A stretch of 64,000 nt of DNA from Poseidonia sp. (GCA_040261535.1 JBDQNU010000007.1:1927-65926), one strand, 5' to 3'. Counted from the first letter of the stretch, positions 53,912 to 63,634 are shown. The notes: generated by a model not told the origin, from the letters alone. Translations and numbers: made by a program.

Positions 53912-55024
53912 ATGAGCAAGTCGATGGACTACGCCAGCGCGGGGGTTGACATCGATCTGGAAGGCTCAGCCGTCGCCTCGCTCATTGGGGCACTGTCCTC
54001 CAGCGTTCGGCGTCCAGGCACACCCGGCGCCCCCGTGGATTTGCCCGGTGGCTTTGGCGGTCTCATCGAGTTCGGCGACAACTTGCTCGCCCTCGCAACC
54101 GACGGTGTTGGGAGCAAATTGCAGATCGCCACCTCGCTGAAACAATGGAACGGCGTTGGCATCGACTGCATGGCGATGAACGTTAACGACCTGTTGTGCG
54201 TGGGTGCCGAACCCATCGCCTTCGTTGATTACGTGGCCGTTCCAAAACCCGATCCCGCCGTGCACGCTGCCCTCGGTGCCTCCCTCGCCGAAGCCTGCCG
54301 TCGGGCTCGTGTTACGCTCGCAGGAGGAGAAACGGCGTCGTTGCCCGGCATCGTCACGGAACTCGATCTCTCCGGCACCGCCCTCGGCTGGTTGCCCAAA
54401 GGAGAAGCCATCACGGGCGAACACCTCGCTGAAGGGGACGTGCTCATCGGCCTGCCGTCATCGGGTATCCATTCCAACGGCTATTCCTTGGTTCGGCGAA
54501 TCGTTGAACACTCGGGAAGCGATTACACCAAACCGGCGCCCTTTGATGTCGACCATCCCAACCGAGAACTCGCCCGGTGGCAGGACGGCGAGGCGACCTT
54601 GGGGGAAGTGGTGCTGAACCCGACGCGCATCTATTGCGACCCGGTGGTGGATTTGCTTGAAGCAGCCCGCGGCGACGCTCCCTTCACCATCGCCTCCATT
54701 CACGGCATCTGCCACATCACCGGCGGAGGACTTTCGAACCTGCTCCGACTCCACCCCTCGCTGGGTTGGAACATTCACTCGCCGTTGCCGGTCTTGCCGG
54801 AATTCGTCTGGCTGCAGCATGCCGGCGGTGTCGAAGACCGAGAGATGTACCGCACCTTCAACATGGGAATGGGTATGGTGCTCGCTGTGGCAGCCAAGGA
54901 CGCAGATGACGTGTTGGCTTGGCTTCAAGAGCGCATGACCGGGGTGGCCATCGTTGGTCATGTCACCGATGAGGGCCACTGCGTCAAGCATGCGCTCGAA
55001 GGCGTTGAATTCACGCACTACTGA
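53912..55024 (+). CDS. purM: phosphoribosylformylglycinamidine cyclo-ligase (AIR synthetase)
   Basis: MDYASAGVDIDLEGSAV, GGFGGL, ATDGVGSKL, VNDLLCVGAEP and SSGIHSNGYSL are the conserved PurM blocks. Confidence 0.9.
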   Translation: MSKSMDYASAGVDIDLEGSAVASLIGALSSSVRRPGTPGAPVDLPGGFGGLIEFGDNLLALATDGVGSKLQIATSLKQWNGVGIDCMAMNVNDLLCVGAEPIAFVDYVAVPKPDPAVHAALGASLAEACRRARVTLAGGETASLPGIVTELDLSGTALGWLPKGEAITGEHLAEGDVLIGLPSSGIHSNGYSLVRRIVEHSGSDYTKPAPFDVDHPNRELARWQDGEATLGEVVLNPTRIYCDPVVDLLEAARGDAPFTIASIHGICHITGGGLSNLLRLHPSLGWNIHSPLPVLPEFVWLQHAGGVEDREMYRTFNMGMGMVLAVAAKDADDVLAWLQERMTGVAIVGHVTDEGHCVKHALEGVEFTHY

Positions 55025-55072
55025 GGCCAACGGCATCGGTGCGGTCATGAGGGAGAGGCTCTTCGTCGCTTC

Positions 55073-56413
55073 GTGGACGAGGCGGAGACCGGCGAAACCG
55101 TCCCCGGCCATTTGTGGCTGGAGGGCAAGACCTTGGTCCATTTACGGCACGATCAAGAGCGCCCAACGCACATGCCCAGAGGCCCTGCAAAACGAACCGG
55201 TCCCGGCTTCCTCAATCCGGCCATGGCGCCCGCCCGAACCCGTTCGGTTCTGCTGATGGCGGATGCGCTTGAGCACGGTTGGCTCACCAAAGCGGACCAA
55301 CCGCTGCGCGCCCTCGATGCTTTGTGCGCAACGGGGGTGCGTGTTCGACGTTGGCGAAACGAAATCCCAGAGCTGCATCAGAATCGGTTGCGCATCACGG
55401 CCAACGACCTTGACACCTTCGCCTTGAATTGGTTAAAGCGGTCCCACAATGCCTACCCTCCAGCGGTATCGGTCGACCACGACCCCGAGGACGACCGATA
55501 CCAACGACCGGCCATGGGAGAGATGAACAACGGCATCTACACGATGCAAAACGACGCCCGAGTGACGCTGCTTGAAGCCGGTTATCAATGGGTGGATTTG
55601 GACCCCTTTGGTTCGCCCGTGAACTTCCTTGATGCGGCCGTTCAAGGCCTTGCTCGCATCGGCTTTTTGGAAGTCACGGCCACCGACACGGCCGCCTTGA
55701 CGGGGTCCAGTCAAGGCTCCCAATTTCGCCGGTACGGAGCCAAGGGCATCGTTGACAGTTACGCTCACGACGATGCGGTTCGTGTCTTGCTCGGTTTGGT
55801 GGCCACCACCGCCGCCCGTCATGACCGTGTGGTCGAACCCGTTCTCGCGCTGTTCGATGGGCATCATGTCCGCATCAGCGTGAAGGTTCGAAGAAGCCGA
55901 GAAGGGGCCTCGCGTGTGCTCGAAAACATGGGGTGGCGAATCCGAGAGGACAACGGAACCTACCGATTTGTGCAGCACCCTACGCCGGAAGAGGTTGAGC
56001 GGGGGAGCGGCCCCCTTTGGGTCGGCCCCCTGTGGGATGCTGACATTGCTGGCAGAATAACCGAAGAGCGTGCACTGTCCGTGTGCGCCCCTACTGTTGA
56101 GGAGGTGGCAAAGGGGGTTGAAATGGGTCTTGAATGGAGTGAACAAGACAGCGAATATGCCTCGAGAGAATTGCGGCGAAGTGTACGCTACATCGCTGAT
56201 GCAGCCGATTTGATGAGCCGCGACCACACGCTGTACCACATGGACGACCTTCCAAACATGGCTGGAACCGGACGGGCACCGAAGATGGAAGTCTTGTTTG
56301 AGGCAATCAGAGAAGCCGGCTCCGCCTCCGCTCGCCTCCCTGACATCGACCCCTTCTTGGTGACCGACGCACCGCACGACGTCGTAATGCAATGTGTGCG
56401 CGAGCGGATTTAA
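55073..56413 (+). CDS. trm1: tRNA (guanine26-N2)-dimethyltransferase
   Basis: FLNPAMAPARTRSV, ALDALCATGVRVRRW and VDLDPFGSPVNFLDAAVQGL...LEVTATDTAALTG are the Trm1 signature blocks. The start is GTG at 55073. Confidence 0.85.
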   Translation: MDEAETGETVPGHLWLEGKTLVHLRHDQERPTHMPRGPAKRTGPGFLNPAMAPARTRSVLLMADALEHGWLTKADQPLRALDALCATGVRVRRWRNEIPELHQNRLRITANDLDTFALNWLKRSHNAYPPAVSVDHDPEDDRYQRPAMGEMNNGIYTMQNDARVTLLEAGYQWVDLDPFGSPVNFLDAAVQGLARIGFLEVTATDTAALTGSSQGSQFRRYGAKGIVDSYAHDDAVRVLLGLVATTAARHDRVVEPVLALFDGHHVRISVKVRRSREGASRVLENMGWRIREDNGTYRFVQHPTPEEVERGSGPLWVGPLWDADIAGRITEERALSVCAPTVEEVAKGVEMGLEWSEQDSEYASRELRRSVRYIADAADLMSRDHTLYHMDDLPNMAGTGRAPKMEVLFEAIREAGSASARLPDIDPFLVTDAPHDVVMQCVRERI

Positions 56414-57342
56414 CGTTGACCAGTCAGCGAAGCCACATCGAAAGCGAAGCCGACTTGTTCTTCGGACCATGACCAGAGTTGTTTCGCATCCTCTTCGTTG
56501 GTCGCCCGTGAACTCATCTTCGCTCTTCCGGTCCAACCCCACGCTTCAAGCGGGCCCACCGGGCCCCAATAGGGATGGAGGAGGGCTTCGGGTTCAGTCG
56601 CAGCGTACAGGGTGGGGGCTGCACCACGCTGTGGCGAAAGCGCCACGTTGTTGAGAAGACGCCACATCAAGGAGTGGCGTTGAAGCGAGGTGTTGGCATA
56701 ACCGGGATGGCTGCAAAGAGAGACAATTCGGGACCCTGCTGCTTTCAATCGACGGTCCAATTCCAAGCCGAACATCAAGTTCGCTAATTTGCTACGACCG
56801 TACTGCCCCCACTTGTCGTAGCGTTTTCCTTCCCCGTGCATGTTCTTGAGATCCAGACGGCCCATGGTGTGAGCAATGCTTGAAACCGTTACGATTCGTG
56901 GTGCGTCTGCCTTTTCCAAATGAGACAAGAGATGGGCGGTGAACGCAAAATGTCCCAAGTGATTGGTACCGACCTGCAACTCAAACCCGTCCGCTGTGGT
57001 GCCTTTTGGTGGAATCATCACCCCCGCATTGTTGATGAGGATGTCCAGGTGAGGGGTACTCGCGATGAAGGCAGCGGCTGCTTGTTTTACCGAGTTCAAA
57101 TCAGCAAGATTCAGGTCCAAAGTGCGAACGTTGGCCTCAGGGTATCGAGTCATTATACGTGATGCCGCATCAGTGGCTTTGGTTTGGTTGCGGCAGGCAA
57201 GAACGACTTCAGCCCCTTTTCCAGCGAATTCCTTGGCCATCTCAAACCCGATGCCGGAGTTGGAACCGGTGATGAGAACGACCTTGCCGTGTTGAGCTCC
57301 GGTGTCAGAAAGGCGCCATTTGAAGCCTATTTTCTTCCCCAT
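56410..57342 (-). CDS. short-chain dehydrogenase/reductase (retinol-dehydrogenase/WWOX-like subgroup)
   Basis: TGSNSGIG cofactor motif in VVLITGSNSGIGFEMAKEF, NNAG, and a catalytic YxxxK (YGRSKLAN). Confidence 0.85.
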   Translation of the reverse strand: MGKKIGFKWRLSDTGAQHGKVVLITGSNSGIGFEMAKEFAGKGAEVVLACRNQTKATDAASRIMTRYPEANVRTLDLNLADLNSVKQAAAAFIASTPHLDILINNAGVMIPPKGTTADGFELQVGTNHLGHFAFTAHLLSHLEKADAPRIVTVSSIAHTMGRLDLKNMHGEGKRYDKWGQYGRSKLANLMFGLELDRRLKAAGSRIVSLCSHPGYANTSLQRHSLMWRLLNNVALSPQRGAAPTLYAATEPEALLHPYWGPVGPLEAWGWTGRAKMSSRATNEEDAKQLWSWSEEQVGFAFDVASLTGQR

Positions 57343-57378
57343 GGATACGCCTGTTCACCAACCTATGAAAGGGTGCCT

Positions 57379-58137
57379 TTAACCAAACGAGGGGTCAATG
57401 TCGGTGACGTTCTCGTCTTCGGGGGCCGGGAGCATTTGCGCAGCGTTCTCAATGATATCTCGCACGCTGTCCTCAATGGAACGAGCGTTCTCCAAAAGTT
57501 CGGTCAACGGAATCTCGAGGCCGGTCAAATCGCTCACCGCTTCAACCGCCAAGGCGGCAGCACGGGCATCGGGATACATTGGACTCGCCTCAGAGAGAAG
57601 CGCGGTGATGTCAATGCCGAGCCGGTCGCCTTCGCCGAGCAAGAACCCCGTAATGCCCGCAACAATACCTTGCTGAATGGGTTCGATGTCAAGGCCTTTC
57701 AAACGTTCTCGTGCAACGGGAATTGACCCCACACCAAACAGTTCCCCGTTGCTCAATTCCTTTTCGGGACGCGTCAAGCCGTCGATGATGATCAGCCGGT
57801 CAAATCCGCCCTTGGTGAACCATTCAAGCACCGTTGAGGCGAACATGATGTCGGTTTCGTTCCCAAACTGTATCTCGGAAGTAAACACACCAACGCCTTC
57901 GCCCTGGTAGACGCGGACGGGGTGTTTGGGTACCTCGTTGTGAATGAGGGCCACGGCGGGGAAATCCTTGTGCATCACCGTGCCGAGTTGATTCAAACCC
58001 AACGTTTTGATGATGTGGGACGTGGCGATAACGCCCACCATGCCGGCCGTGGTAAAGCCGCAAATGGCCACGCCCCCGGTTCGGGGGTCAGCGTCTTGGT
58101 GCAAGACCAAAGCGTAGGCTTGCAGGTTCGCATCCAT
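57379..58137 (-). CDS. PAC2-family proteasome assembly chaperone-like protein
   Basis: ~250 aa. The N-terminal ICGFTTAGMVGVIATSHII...FPAVALIH pattern resembles archaeal PAC2 proteins (GFPGxGxVG...P). From memory. Confidence 0.55.
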   Translation of the reverse strand: MDANLQAYALVLHQDADPRTGGVAICGFTTAGMVGVIATSHIIKTLGLNQLGTVMHKDFPAVALIHNEVPKHPVRVYQGEGVGVFTSEIQFGNETDIMFASTVLEWFTKGGFDRLIIIDGLTRPEKELSNGELFGVGSIPVARERLKGLDIEPIQQGIVAGITGFLLGEGDRLGIDITALLSEASPMYPDARAAALAVEAVSDLTGLEIPLTELLENARSIEDSVRDIIENAAQMLPAPEDENVTDIDPSFG

Positions 58138-58170
58138 TTCGGTCCCTCCAGTAGGACGCCAACCGCTGAC

Positions 58171-58188
58171 CCGTGAAAAGGCTCACGG
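58171..58188 (-). terminator. weak hairpin (CCGTGA-GCCTTT-TCACGG) 5 nt after the giant-protein stop
   Basis: 6-bp stem with a T-rich loop but no downstream T-tract, so a terminator function is doubtful. Confidence 0.2.
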
Positions 58189-58193
58189 CGCAA

Positions 58194-61100
58194 TCATTCT
58201 TCCCAAACCGCCCAGTCGTCCCAGCCTTCTTCGCGGTACCACCAAACGCCGTCTTCATCCTCCCACCACTCCGTACCGTTTTCATCGACGGTGATGCCGT
58301 CGTCTTCGGTTTCTTCGTGTCCTTCTTCCACCTCATCGTGTTCGGTTTCGGAGGAGAGGGCGTCTTCGGCGGTCGCACCAAATTCAAACGCATCCGCACG
58401 GCTTCCGAGGCTTGGAGAACTGGAAAGTCCCTCTGGCGCAGCTTCGTGAAGGTCCTTGCCTTCTTCTTTCAACTCTTCAAGGGATTTTGACGATGAAAGG
58501 CCAACAACGGGGGTGCTCTCGGCTCGGCTGGCGGGTTCTTCTTCCATCGCCATGCCGTAGTAGTCTTCATCGTCCTCGTCGTCGAACAAATCATCCCGGT
58601 TGCTTCGCATGTACAACACGCCACCGACGACGGCCAAAACGGCAATGAAAACGCCCAAGCCAACCACGACCGGAGTCATCGCGCTCGAGGCTTCGTCTTG
58701 AGGTGGATTGAGGTCATTCCCGTCCACCGTCGGCATCTCACCGAGCGTCCATACAATTTCTCCCGGCGTGGATGCCACCGGTTCTGTCATGGTGTCACAA
58801 GCGTTGTCGCCGAAGTCAAGACAGGAGAGATAGACGATGTAGCCTTCACCCTGCAGACCCGGGAACATGCCTTCTGTTGGGCCGTTCCGGACCAATGAGA
58901 ACGTAAGGTCAACTGTACCGTTGGCCTCTGCGGTGAGCGATGGCGTATTGCCATCTGCTTCGTTGTGCACCAGCTCAATAGCGGGTGGCGTGCCCGGAAT
59001 GACCTTCCATGCAAGTGTAACCATCACGTCGAAGGGGTTCGGATTTGAAACCGTACACGTGATGAGAACATCCGTAGCGTTGCTGTCCCATTCATAGGTA
59101 GCCGTTCCGCATTCAACGGTAGCGGGGAGCGTGACGTCGGGGAAGGGCGGCTCGTTCGTGGTGTTGGTCTCGTTCGTGGTGTTGGTCGTGTTCCCTTCAA
59201 CAAACGGTGCAGCCTCAAAGGCATAGGCGACCTGCATGCCATCGATGTGGTAATCGGGTGATTCGCTATCAAAGAAAAGGGTCAGCGTGCCGCCATAGGC
59301 TCCCAATCCGCCGATGGACATCTCGTTGCCTCGGACCTCCGCCACACCGGAACTTGCCGTCCGACCGTCATCGGTCAGGGCTTCCCAATAGGCTTCAGCG
59401 TTGGCAAGGGCGGTCTCTTGGGTGATGTCCGGAGTCGTCACGGAAAACACGGTGGAGAAAAGTTCGTCATCATCGAGTTCGATAACGCTTGGACCCGAGA
59501 TGATGAGCGGGATCGTCCCGTAGGCCTCCGTGGTGTTGGAAGAAGCCGCCAGCGGTTGTTGGGTCGGGTCTTCGTCGTATCCTTCGAACACGACCTTCAG
59601 TTCCATCTGGCCAACAGCGGCGATGGGGCCCAAGTCCGAGAGCTTTGCAAGATCAAGGGTCGCATGACCGGTGGCATTGGTGAGCATTGACGCGTTGAAT
59701 TGTCCCGATGCTCCAACCACGTACAGCCCGAGGGATTGATTGGGGAGCCCCAAGCCGTCTTGATGCAAGTGCGCCTCGACGAGAAGGCCTTTGCTGCGGG
59801 CGACCAACAAACGGTTGACAGAGGCCTCGTCGGCAAAGGACGTGTAACTCGCCTCAAGGGTTGTTTCCAACGCGGTGTTGTTGCGCGTGTAGACCGGCCC
59901 CAAGGCCGTGACGTTCATCGAGGCATTTCCGTACTGGTCGAAACCGACCACGGTGACGTAGTACGGCGAACCGTCGGTGAGGTCTTGCCCTGACCCGTCC
60001 TGCGCAATTTGGCGTTCGTAGGTGGTTCCGTTCGTCGTTGCTGCTGCATTCATCCCTTGGATGGTGGAGAAGTTGGTCGGGGAGAGGTAAATTCGGTGCT
60101 CCACGATCGATGCGTCGCCTTGGCCCCACGAGATGTTCATCACGCCGCCCGTATCGCTCAGAGCATCGCTGGCGGTAACATTCGGCACATACGATTTGGG
60201 TAGAGGATAGGGCACAACGACCTCGAGGGGGAGGGAAAGGTTGCTCGTCACGCCGAAATCGTGGACGCTTCGGACCCAGTAGGTCCAAGCATCCCCAGGT
60301 TGCACAGCGACATCGATGGTGTTGTTCGCCACCGAGGACCCGTAGCCGGGCTGGGTGGTGTCGGGCGTTTGACCCGTCGCCTCCCGATACACCACGAAAT
60401 TCAACACGTCATCGCCAAAGTCGGTGACGTTCTGCCACTCGATGACAACTCGGTCAGGTTGAAGGTCGCTCAAACGCAGGATTGGAGTTGGGGGTAAGGC
60501 GATGTTTGGTGCCCCGTCCTGATAGATGACCGTTGGGTCGTGGAGAACGAAACTTCCATCTTGGGAGGTCGTAAAGGTAAACGGAATCGTGAAGGTTCCA
60601 GTTCCAGCCGTCATTTGTTGATTGAGGACATTGCTGAGATTGCTGGTCACGTGAGGGTTGGTGTTGACAAAGAAGCTCGCAAGGTACACCACGTCGAGAG
60701 AGGAGAAGCCAAAGGTACCTGCGGCAATGGCTTGCATGGTCATGTTCACCTCGGTCATTTCGATGCCGTACGCATCGGTGGTGGCGCTCAGTCCTGGGAG
60801 AATGGTGTTGAGTGAATCCGTCCACGAACCTGTGGTGTCAACCACAGCAAGCGGTTGGAGACCGTTGCTTCCGTTTCCGGCGTAACCAAGGGCTTCAACA
60901 TCGGCTTGCCCGTTTTGGTCAACGTCGTAGCCCACACGATGGTAGGCCGAGACGAAGACCCCTTGCTGATTGCCCTCGCCGGCGAGCACGATGTGTTCCA
61001 TGATGCCGTCGCCGTCAAGGTCACCCAAGAACACCGCACGAGGCACCGTCCAAGGCTCAAGCACGCTGGCGGTAAACTGGCTGACTCGGTTGGTGTACCG

Positions 61101-62537
61101 ATTGTTGCCCCAGCCACCCGAGGAGATGTTTCTGACGGTGAGGTTCCCGTCAAGGGTGGTGGCGTTGCCGTCGGGGTTGCCCAAATTGGGCTGCAACAAG
61201 GACACGCCGCCCGTCAAATCGTGGTTCAAAACGGTGGCGTTGGTGAGGCTAATCACGGTGTTGTGGCTGTCGCCGCTCCAGCCGCCGGCCATGGTTTTCG
61301 TGATGGACCGGTGCCCTGCAGACCGCGACGCAAGGATGTCCAGATCTCCGTCACTGTCAAGGTCGCCGACGATGGCATCTGAGGAAAACCCGGAAATACT
61401 GCTCGTTCCAACGGCAAGGCTGTTGCTCGAGAAAAACACCTCGGTGCCGTCGTTGTTAATGTCAACGGCGATCATCACGGGAAGGTTGGTCGGTCCGTTG
61501 AAATAATCAACCAGAAGATAGTTCAGGTTGGCAGCCGTCTGCGTCCCTTGGAGGAGGATGGTTTCGTCGTCCCGCTCGGAGAAGCCGTTGGTGCGAGTAT
61601 CAAAGTCGGCATAGGCCACCTTTCCGTTGGTTTGCACCGTGACCATTTGGTCTGCCCCCACGCCGGTGAAGTCAATGAACGCCAAGTCCCGAATGGCTGC
61701 GGAGAGACTGACGTTGAGTTGAGGTTCAAACACCCCGCTCGTGCCGTTGAAGAAATGAATGCAAAGTTTCCTGTCGCTCGAAGCGTGGTTGATGACATCG
61801 TCATAACCGTCGCCGTCAAGGTCAGCAGCAAAGGTTTCCGTGACGTTGTCGCACGTGGACTCCCAAGGGCTCAAGGAAACGCCGACGGTCGAGTTGTACG
61901 AGAGCGTCCGAAACGCCGGTCCGACGGTGAACGATGTGGTGTTGTTGGTCATCGAACTCATGTTGGCGTTTTGTGAAAACAGAACGGCGTCGTCCAAACC
62001 GTCGCCGTTGGTGTCGCCAACCGCAAACTCGTGAATGAAACCCGTGTCGAAGAAGCCTCCCGAAAGCGTCGGCGAAAAATTGACCCCTATTGAGGCAGAG
62101 GAAACCGTTGCGCCGTTGGGCATGTAAAACGAAGGCGAAGAAGGCGCCGATTGGTTGACGCTTGCAGGTTGAATACCCACCGTTGCCGTTGCCGACCCGC
62201 TGGTGAACTCGTTCTGTTGCCCCAGATGCCCGTAACCGGTCTGATTGAAATCCCACTCGGGCAAACCGTCCTGGTTGATGTCCAGCGAAACGGTCCCCGG
62301 CGATGATCCGCTCGAGTCCGGTTTGATGAAGAACGAGGCGGAGGTGACGGTGGTGTTCCGTGTGAGTTCAAAGCCGACGGCGCCGTGCTGACCCGAAACA
62401 ACGGTCACGGTCTCTTCCGCTGAACCCGAAGAAAACGTGGTGACGGTCCCGCCTTGCGCTTGGGCGAGAAACACCGACCACGCAGGGGCGAGAAACAAGA
62501 AGACGAGCAAGAAGCCAAGGAACTGACGTCGGTGCAT
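58194..62537 (-). CDS. giant type-I membrane-anchored surface protein (1447 aa): Tat-like signal, FG-GAP/VCBS repeats, Fn3/Ig-like modules, TM anchor, Trp-acidic tail
   Basis: The signal MHRRQFLGFLLVFLFLAPAWSVFLAQAQG contains RRxFL. Ca-binding-type FG-GAP loops are GDTNGDGLDDAV, ADLDGDGYDDVI, VGDLDSDGDLDIL and LGDLDGDGIMEHIV. There are many NxS/T sequons. The TM helix is VVVGLGVFIAVLAVVGGVLYM (~58600-58690). The ~135-aa D/E-rich tail ends WWEDEDGVWWYREEGWDDWAVWEE. Confidence 0.85.
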   Translation of the reverse strand: MHRRQFLGFLLVFLFLAPAWSVFLAQAQGGTVTTFSSGSAEETVTVVSGQHGAVGFELTRNTTVTSASFFIKPDSSGSSPGTVSLDINQDGLPEWDFNQTGYGHLGQQNEFTSGSATATVGIQPASVNQSAPSSPSFYMPNGATVSSASIGVNFSPTLSGGFFDTGFIHEFAVGDTNGDGLDDAVLFSQNANMSSMTNNTTSFTVGPAFRTLSYNSTVGVSLSPWESTCDNVTETFAADLDGDGYDDVINHASSDRKLCIHFFNGTSGVFEPQLNVSLSAAIRDLAFIDFTGVGADQMVTVQTNGKVAYADFDTRTNGFSERDDETILLQGTQTAANLNYLLVDYFNGPTNLPVMIAVDINNDGTEVFFSSNSLAVGTSSISGFSSDAIVGDLDSDGDLDILASRSAGHRSITKTMAGGWSGDSHNTVISLTNATVLNHDLTGGVSLLQPNLGNPDGNATTLDGNLTVRNISSGGWGNNRYTNRVSQFTASVLEPWTVPRAVFLGDLDGDGIMEHIVLAGEGNQQGVFVSAYHRVGYDVDQNGQADVEALGYAGNGSNGLQPLAVVDTTGSWTDSLNTILPGLSATTDAYGIEMTEVNMTMQAIAAGTFGFSSLDVVYLASFFVNTNPHVTSNLSNVLNQQMTAGTGTFTIPFTFTTSQDGSFVLHDPTVIYQDGAPNIALPPTPILRLSDLQPDRVVIEWQNVTDFGDDVLNFVVYREATGQTPDTTQPGYGSSVANNTIDVAVQPGDAWTYWVRSVHDFGVTSNLSLPLEVVVPYPLPKSYVPNVTASDALSDTGGVMNISWGQGDASIVEHRIYLSPTNFSTIQGMNAAATTNGTTYERQIAQDGSGQDLTDGSPYYVTVVGFDQYGNASMNVTALGPVYTRNNTALETTLEASYTSFADEASVNRLLVARSKGLLVEAHLHQDGLGLPNQSLGLYVVGASGQFNASMLTNATGHATLDLAKLSDLGPIAAVGQMELKVVFEGYDEDPTQQPLAASSNTTEAYGTIPLIISGPSVIELDDDELFSTVFSVTTPDITQETALANAEAYWEALTDDGRTASSGVAEVRGNEMSIGGLGAYGGTLTLFFDSESPDYHIDGMQVAYAFEAAPFVEGNTTNTTNETNTTNEPPFPDVTLPATVECGTATYEWDSNATDVLITCTVSNPNPFDVMVTLAWKVIPGTPPAIELVHNEADGNTPSLTAEANGTVDLTFSLVRNGPTEGMFPGLQGEGYIVYLSCLDFGDNACDTMTEPVASTPGEIVWTLGEMPTVDGNDLNPPQDEASSAMTPVVVGLGVFIAVLAVVGGVLYMRSNRDDLFDDEDDEDYYGMAMEEEPASRAESTPVVGLSSSKSLEELKEEGKDLHEAAPEGLSSSPSLGSRADAFEFGATAEDALSSETEHDEVEEGHEETEDDGITVDENGTEWWEDEDGVWWYREEGWDDWAVWEE
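59151..59186 (-). repeat. perfect 18-bp tandem duplication (CTCGTTCGTGGTGTTGGT x2) encoding (TNTTNE)x2
   Basis: Read directly. It lies inside the giant gene and forms the sequon cluster GNTTNTTNETNTTNE. Confidence 0.9.
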
Positions 62538-62680
62538 GGAGAACCCCTGCGTTCTTGTGGTCGCCCACCTCTTTTGTCGGTTTCGCCTTCTTGAATGCTT
62601 TTTTTCGCAAGAAATGTATCATTTTTCTCAACATAATGTTATCAATGATTGGAATGCAATTAGAATCGAGGGCGTGAAGA

Positions 62681-63169
62681 TTGAGGTTTACCGTTCAAGC
62701 AGGCGATGTCGAAATCGACCTTGAGGGAGCATCGATTCAAATTGACGAACAAATCGCCCAACTGAAAGCCGAACACACGTGGACGGTGCTTCTCGAACGC
62801 ATCCGCGAAGCGAGGGAACAAGCCCTCGAAGCCGCCGTGACGGCAGCCCGAGAGGCCGGTCTTCCCGAGCGAGGTTCGGCGTTTCGGGCCTTGCTCGAGA
62901 ATTGTGCCCTGACGCGAAAACCCGATCAAGTGCTCGGGGCCATCCATTACTTGCGCAACGTCGAGGGCATCGAAGACAGTCCTCCCCGTGTGGTGAACGA
63001 TCTCTTCAACGATGCAGGCATCGACCCGCCCGGCAACCTGTCCCTCTACCTCAACCGTTTGAAAGAACGCAATTTCCTTGAGGTCCCAAGCGGAAAAGAG
63101 GACAAAAACCGATTCGCAATCCTTACACCCGAAGGCCAAGCCCATCTTGACAAGCGCTCCGGCGCATGA
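62681..63169 (+). CDS. hypothetical protein with C-terminal winged-helix-like domain
   Basis: TTG start, so uncertain. The C-terminus NLSLYLNRLKERNFLEVPSGKEDKNRFAILTPEGQAHL resembles a MarR/PadR-type wing. Chosen over the 356-aa antisense ORF because of the neighbouring pentapeptide gene. Confidence 0.4.
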   Translation: MRFTVQAGDVEIDLEGASIQIDEQIAQLKAEHTWTVLLERIREAREQALEAAVTAAREAGLPERGSAFRALLENCALTRKPDQVLGAIHYLRNVEGIEDSPPRVVNDLFNDAGIDPPGNLSLYLNRLKERNFLEVPSGKEDKNRFAILTPEGQAHLDKRSGA

Positions 63170-63178
63170 GTTGGTTCC

Positions 63179-63634
63179 ATGGTGATGTCCGGCGGGGGTC
63201 AAGGTGACCCACGAGACGATGAAACAACGGCTGAACAAGCCGAAGTGATCGACCTTTCGTACCAAAACCACGCAAAAGCCGTCTTTCGCAAGGGGCGACA
63301 CACGGGCTCTTCCTTCAGGCGCGCCATCCTTGACGAGGCCGACTTGACGGAGGGCGACTTTACCCATTGCGACTTCCGCCGGGCGTCGATGGTGGAAGCC
63401 GACCTGATGAAATCTGCCTTTGACAACTCGGATTTTCGAGGAGCAGATCTCCGAAAAGCACGCCTCAACCTCTCGAACTTCAAAAACTGCCAATTTAAGG
63501 GGGCAGATCTCCGAGGCATTCGCGGAAAATATGCGATTTGGCAAGGCAGCGACTGGTGGAATGCGACGATGGATGATGATCTTCGCAAGGCCTTGGCCAA
63601 AAAATGGCCCAGACCCTCTCAAGCCTCTTCTTGA
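63179..63634 (+). CDS. pentapeptide-repeat protein
   Basis: A run of A(D/N)LxX-type pentads: ADLTEGDFTHCDFRRASMVEADLMKSAFDNSDFRGADLRKARLNLSNFKNCQFKGADLRGIRG. Confidence 0.75.
   Translation: MVMSGGGQGDPRDDETTAEQAEVIDLSYQNHAKAVFRKGRHTGSSFRRAILDEADLTEGDFTHCDFRRASMVEADLMKSAFDNSDFRGADLRKARLNLSNFKNCQFKGADLRGIRGKYAIWQGSDWWNATMDDDLRKALAKKWPRPSQASS

Noticed and set aside
55433-56542. 369-aa minus-strand ORF
   Set aside because: Antisense to trm1, which has clear signature blocks.
59151-59186. CRISPR-like or minisatellite array
   Set aside because: There are only two repeat units, no spacers, and the repeat is in-frame inside a coding sequence. No other regularly spaced repeats were seen in the window.
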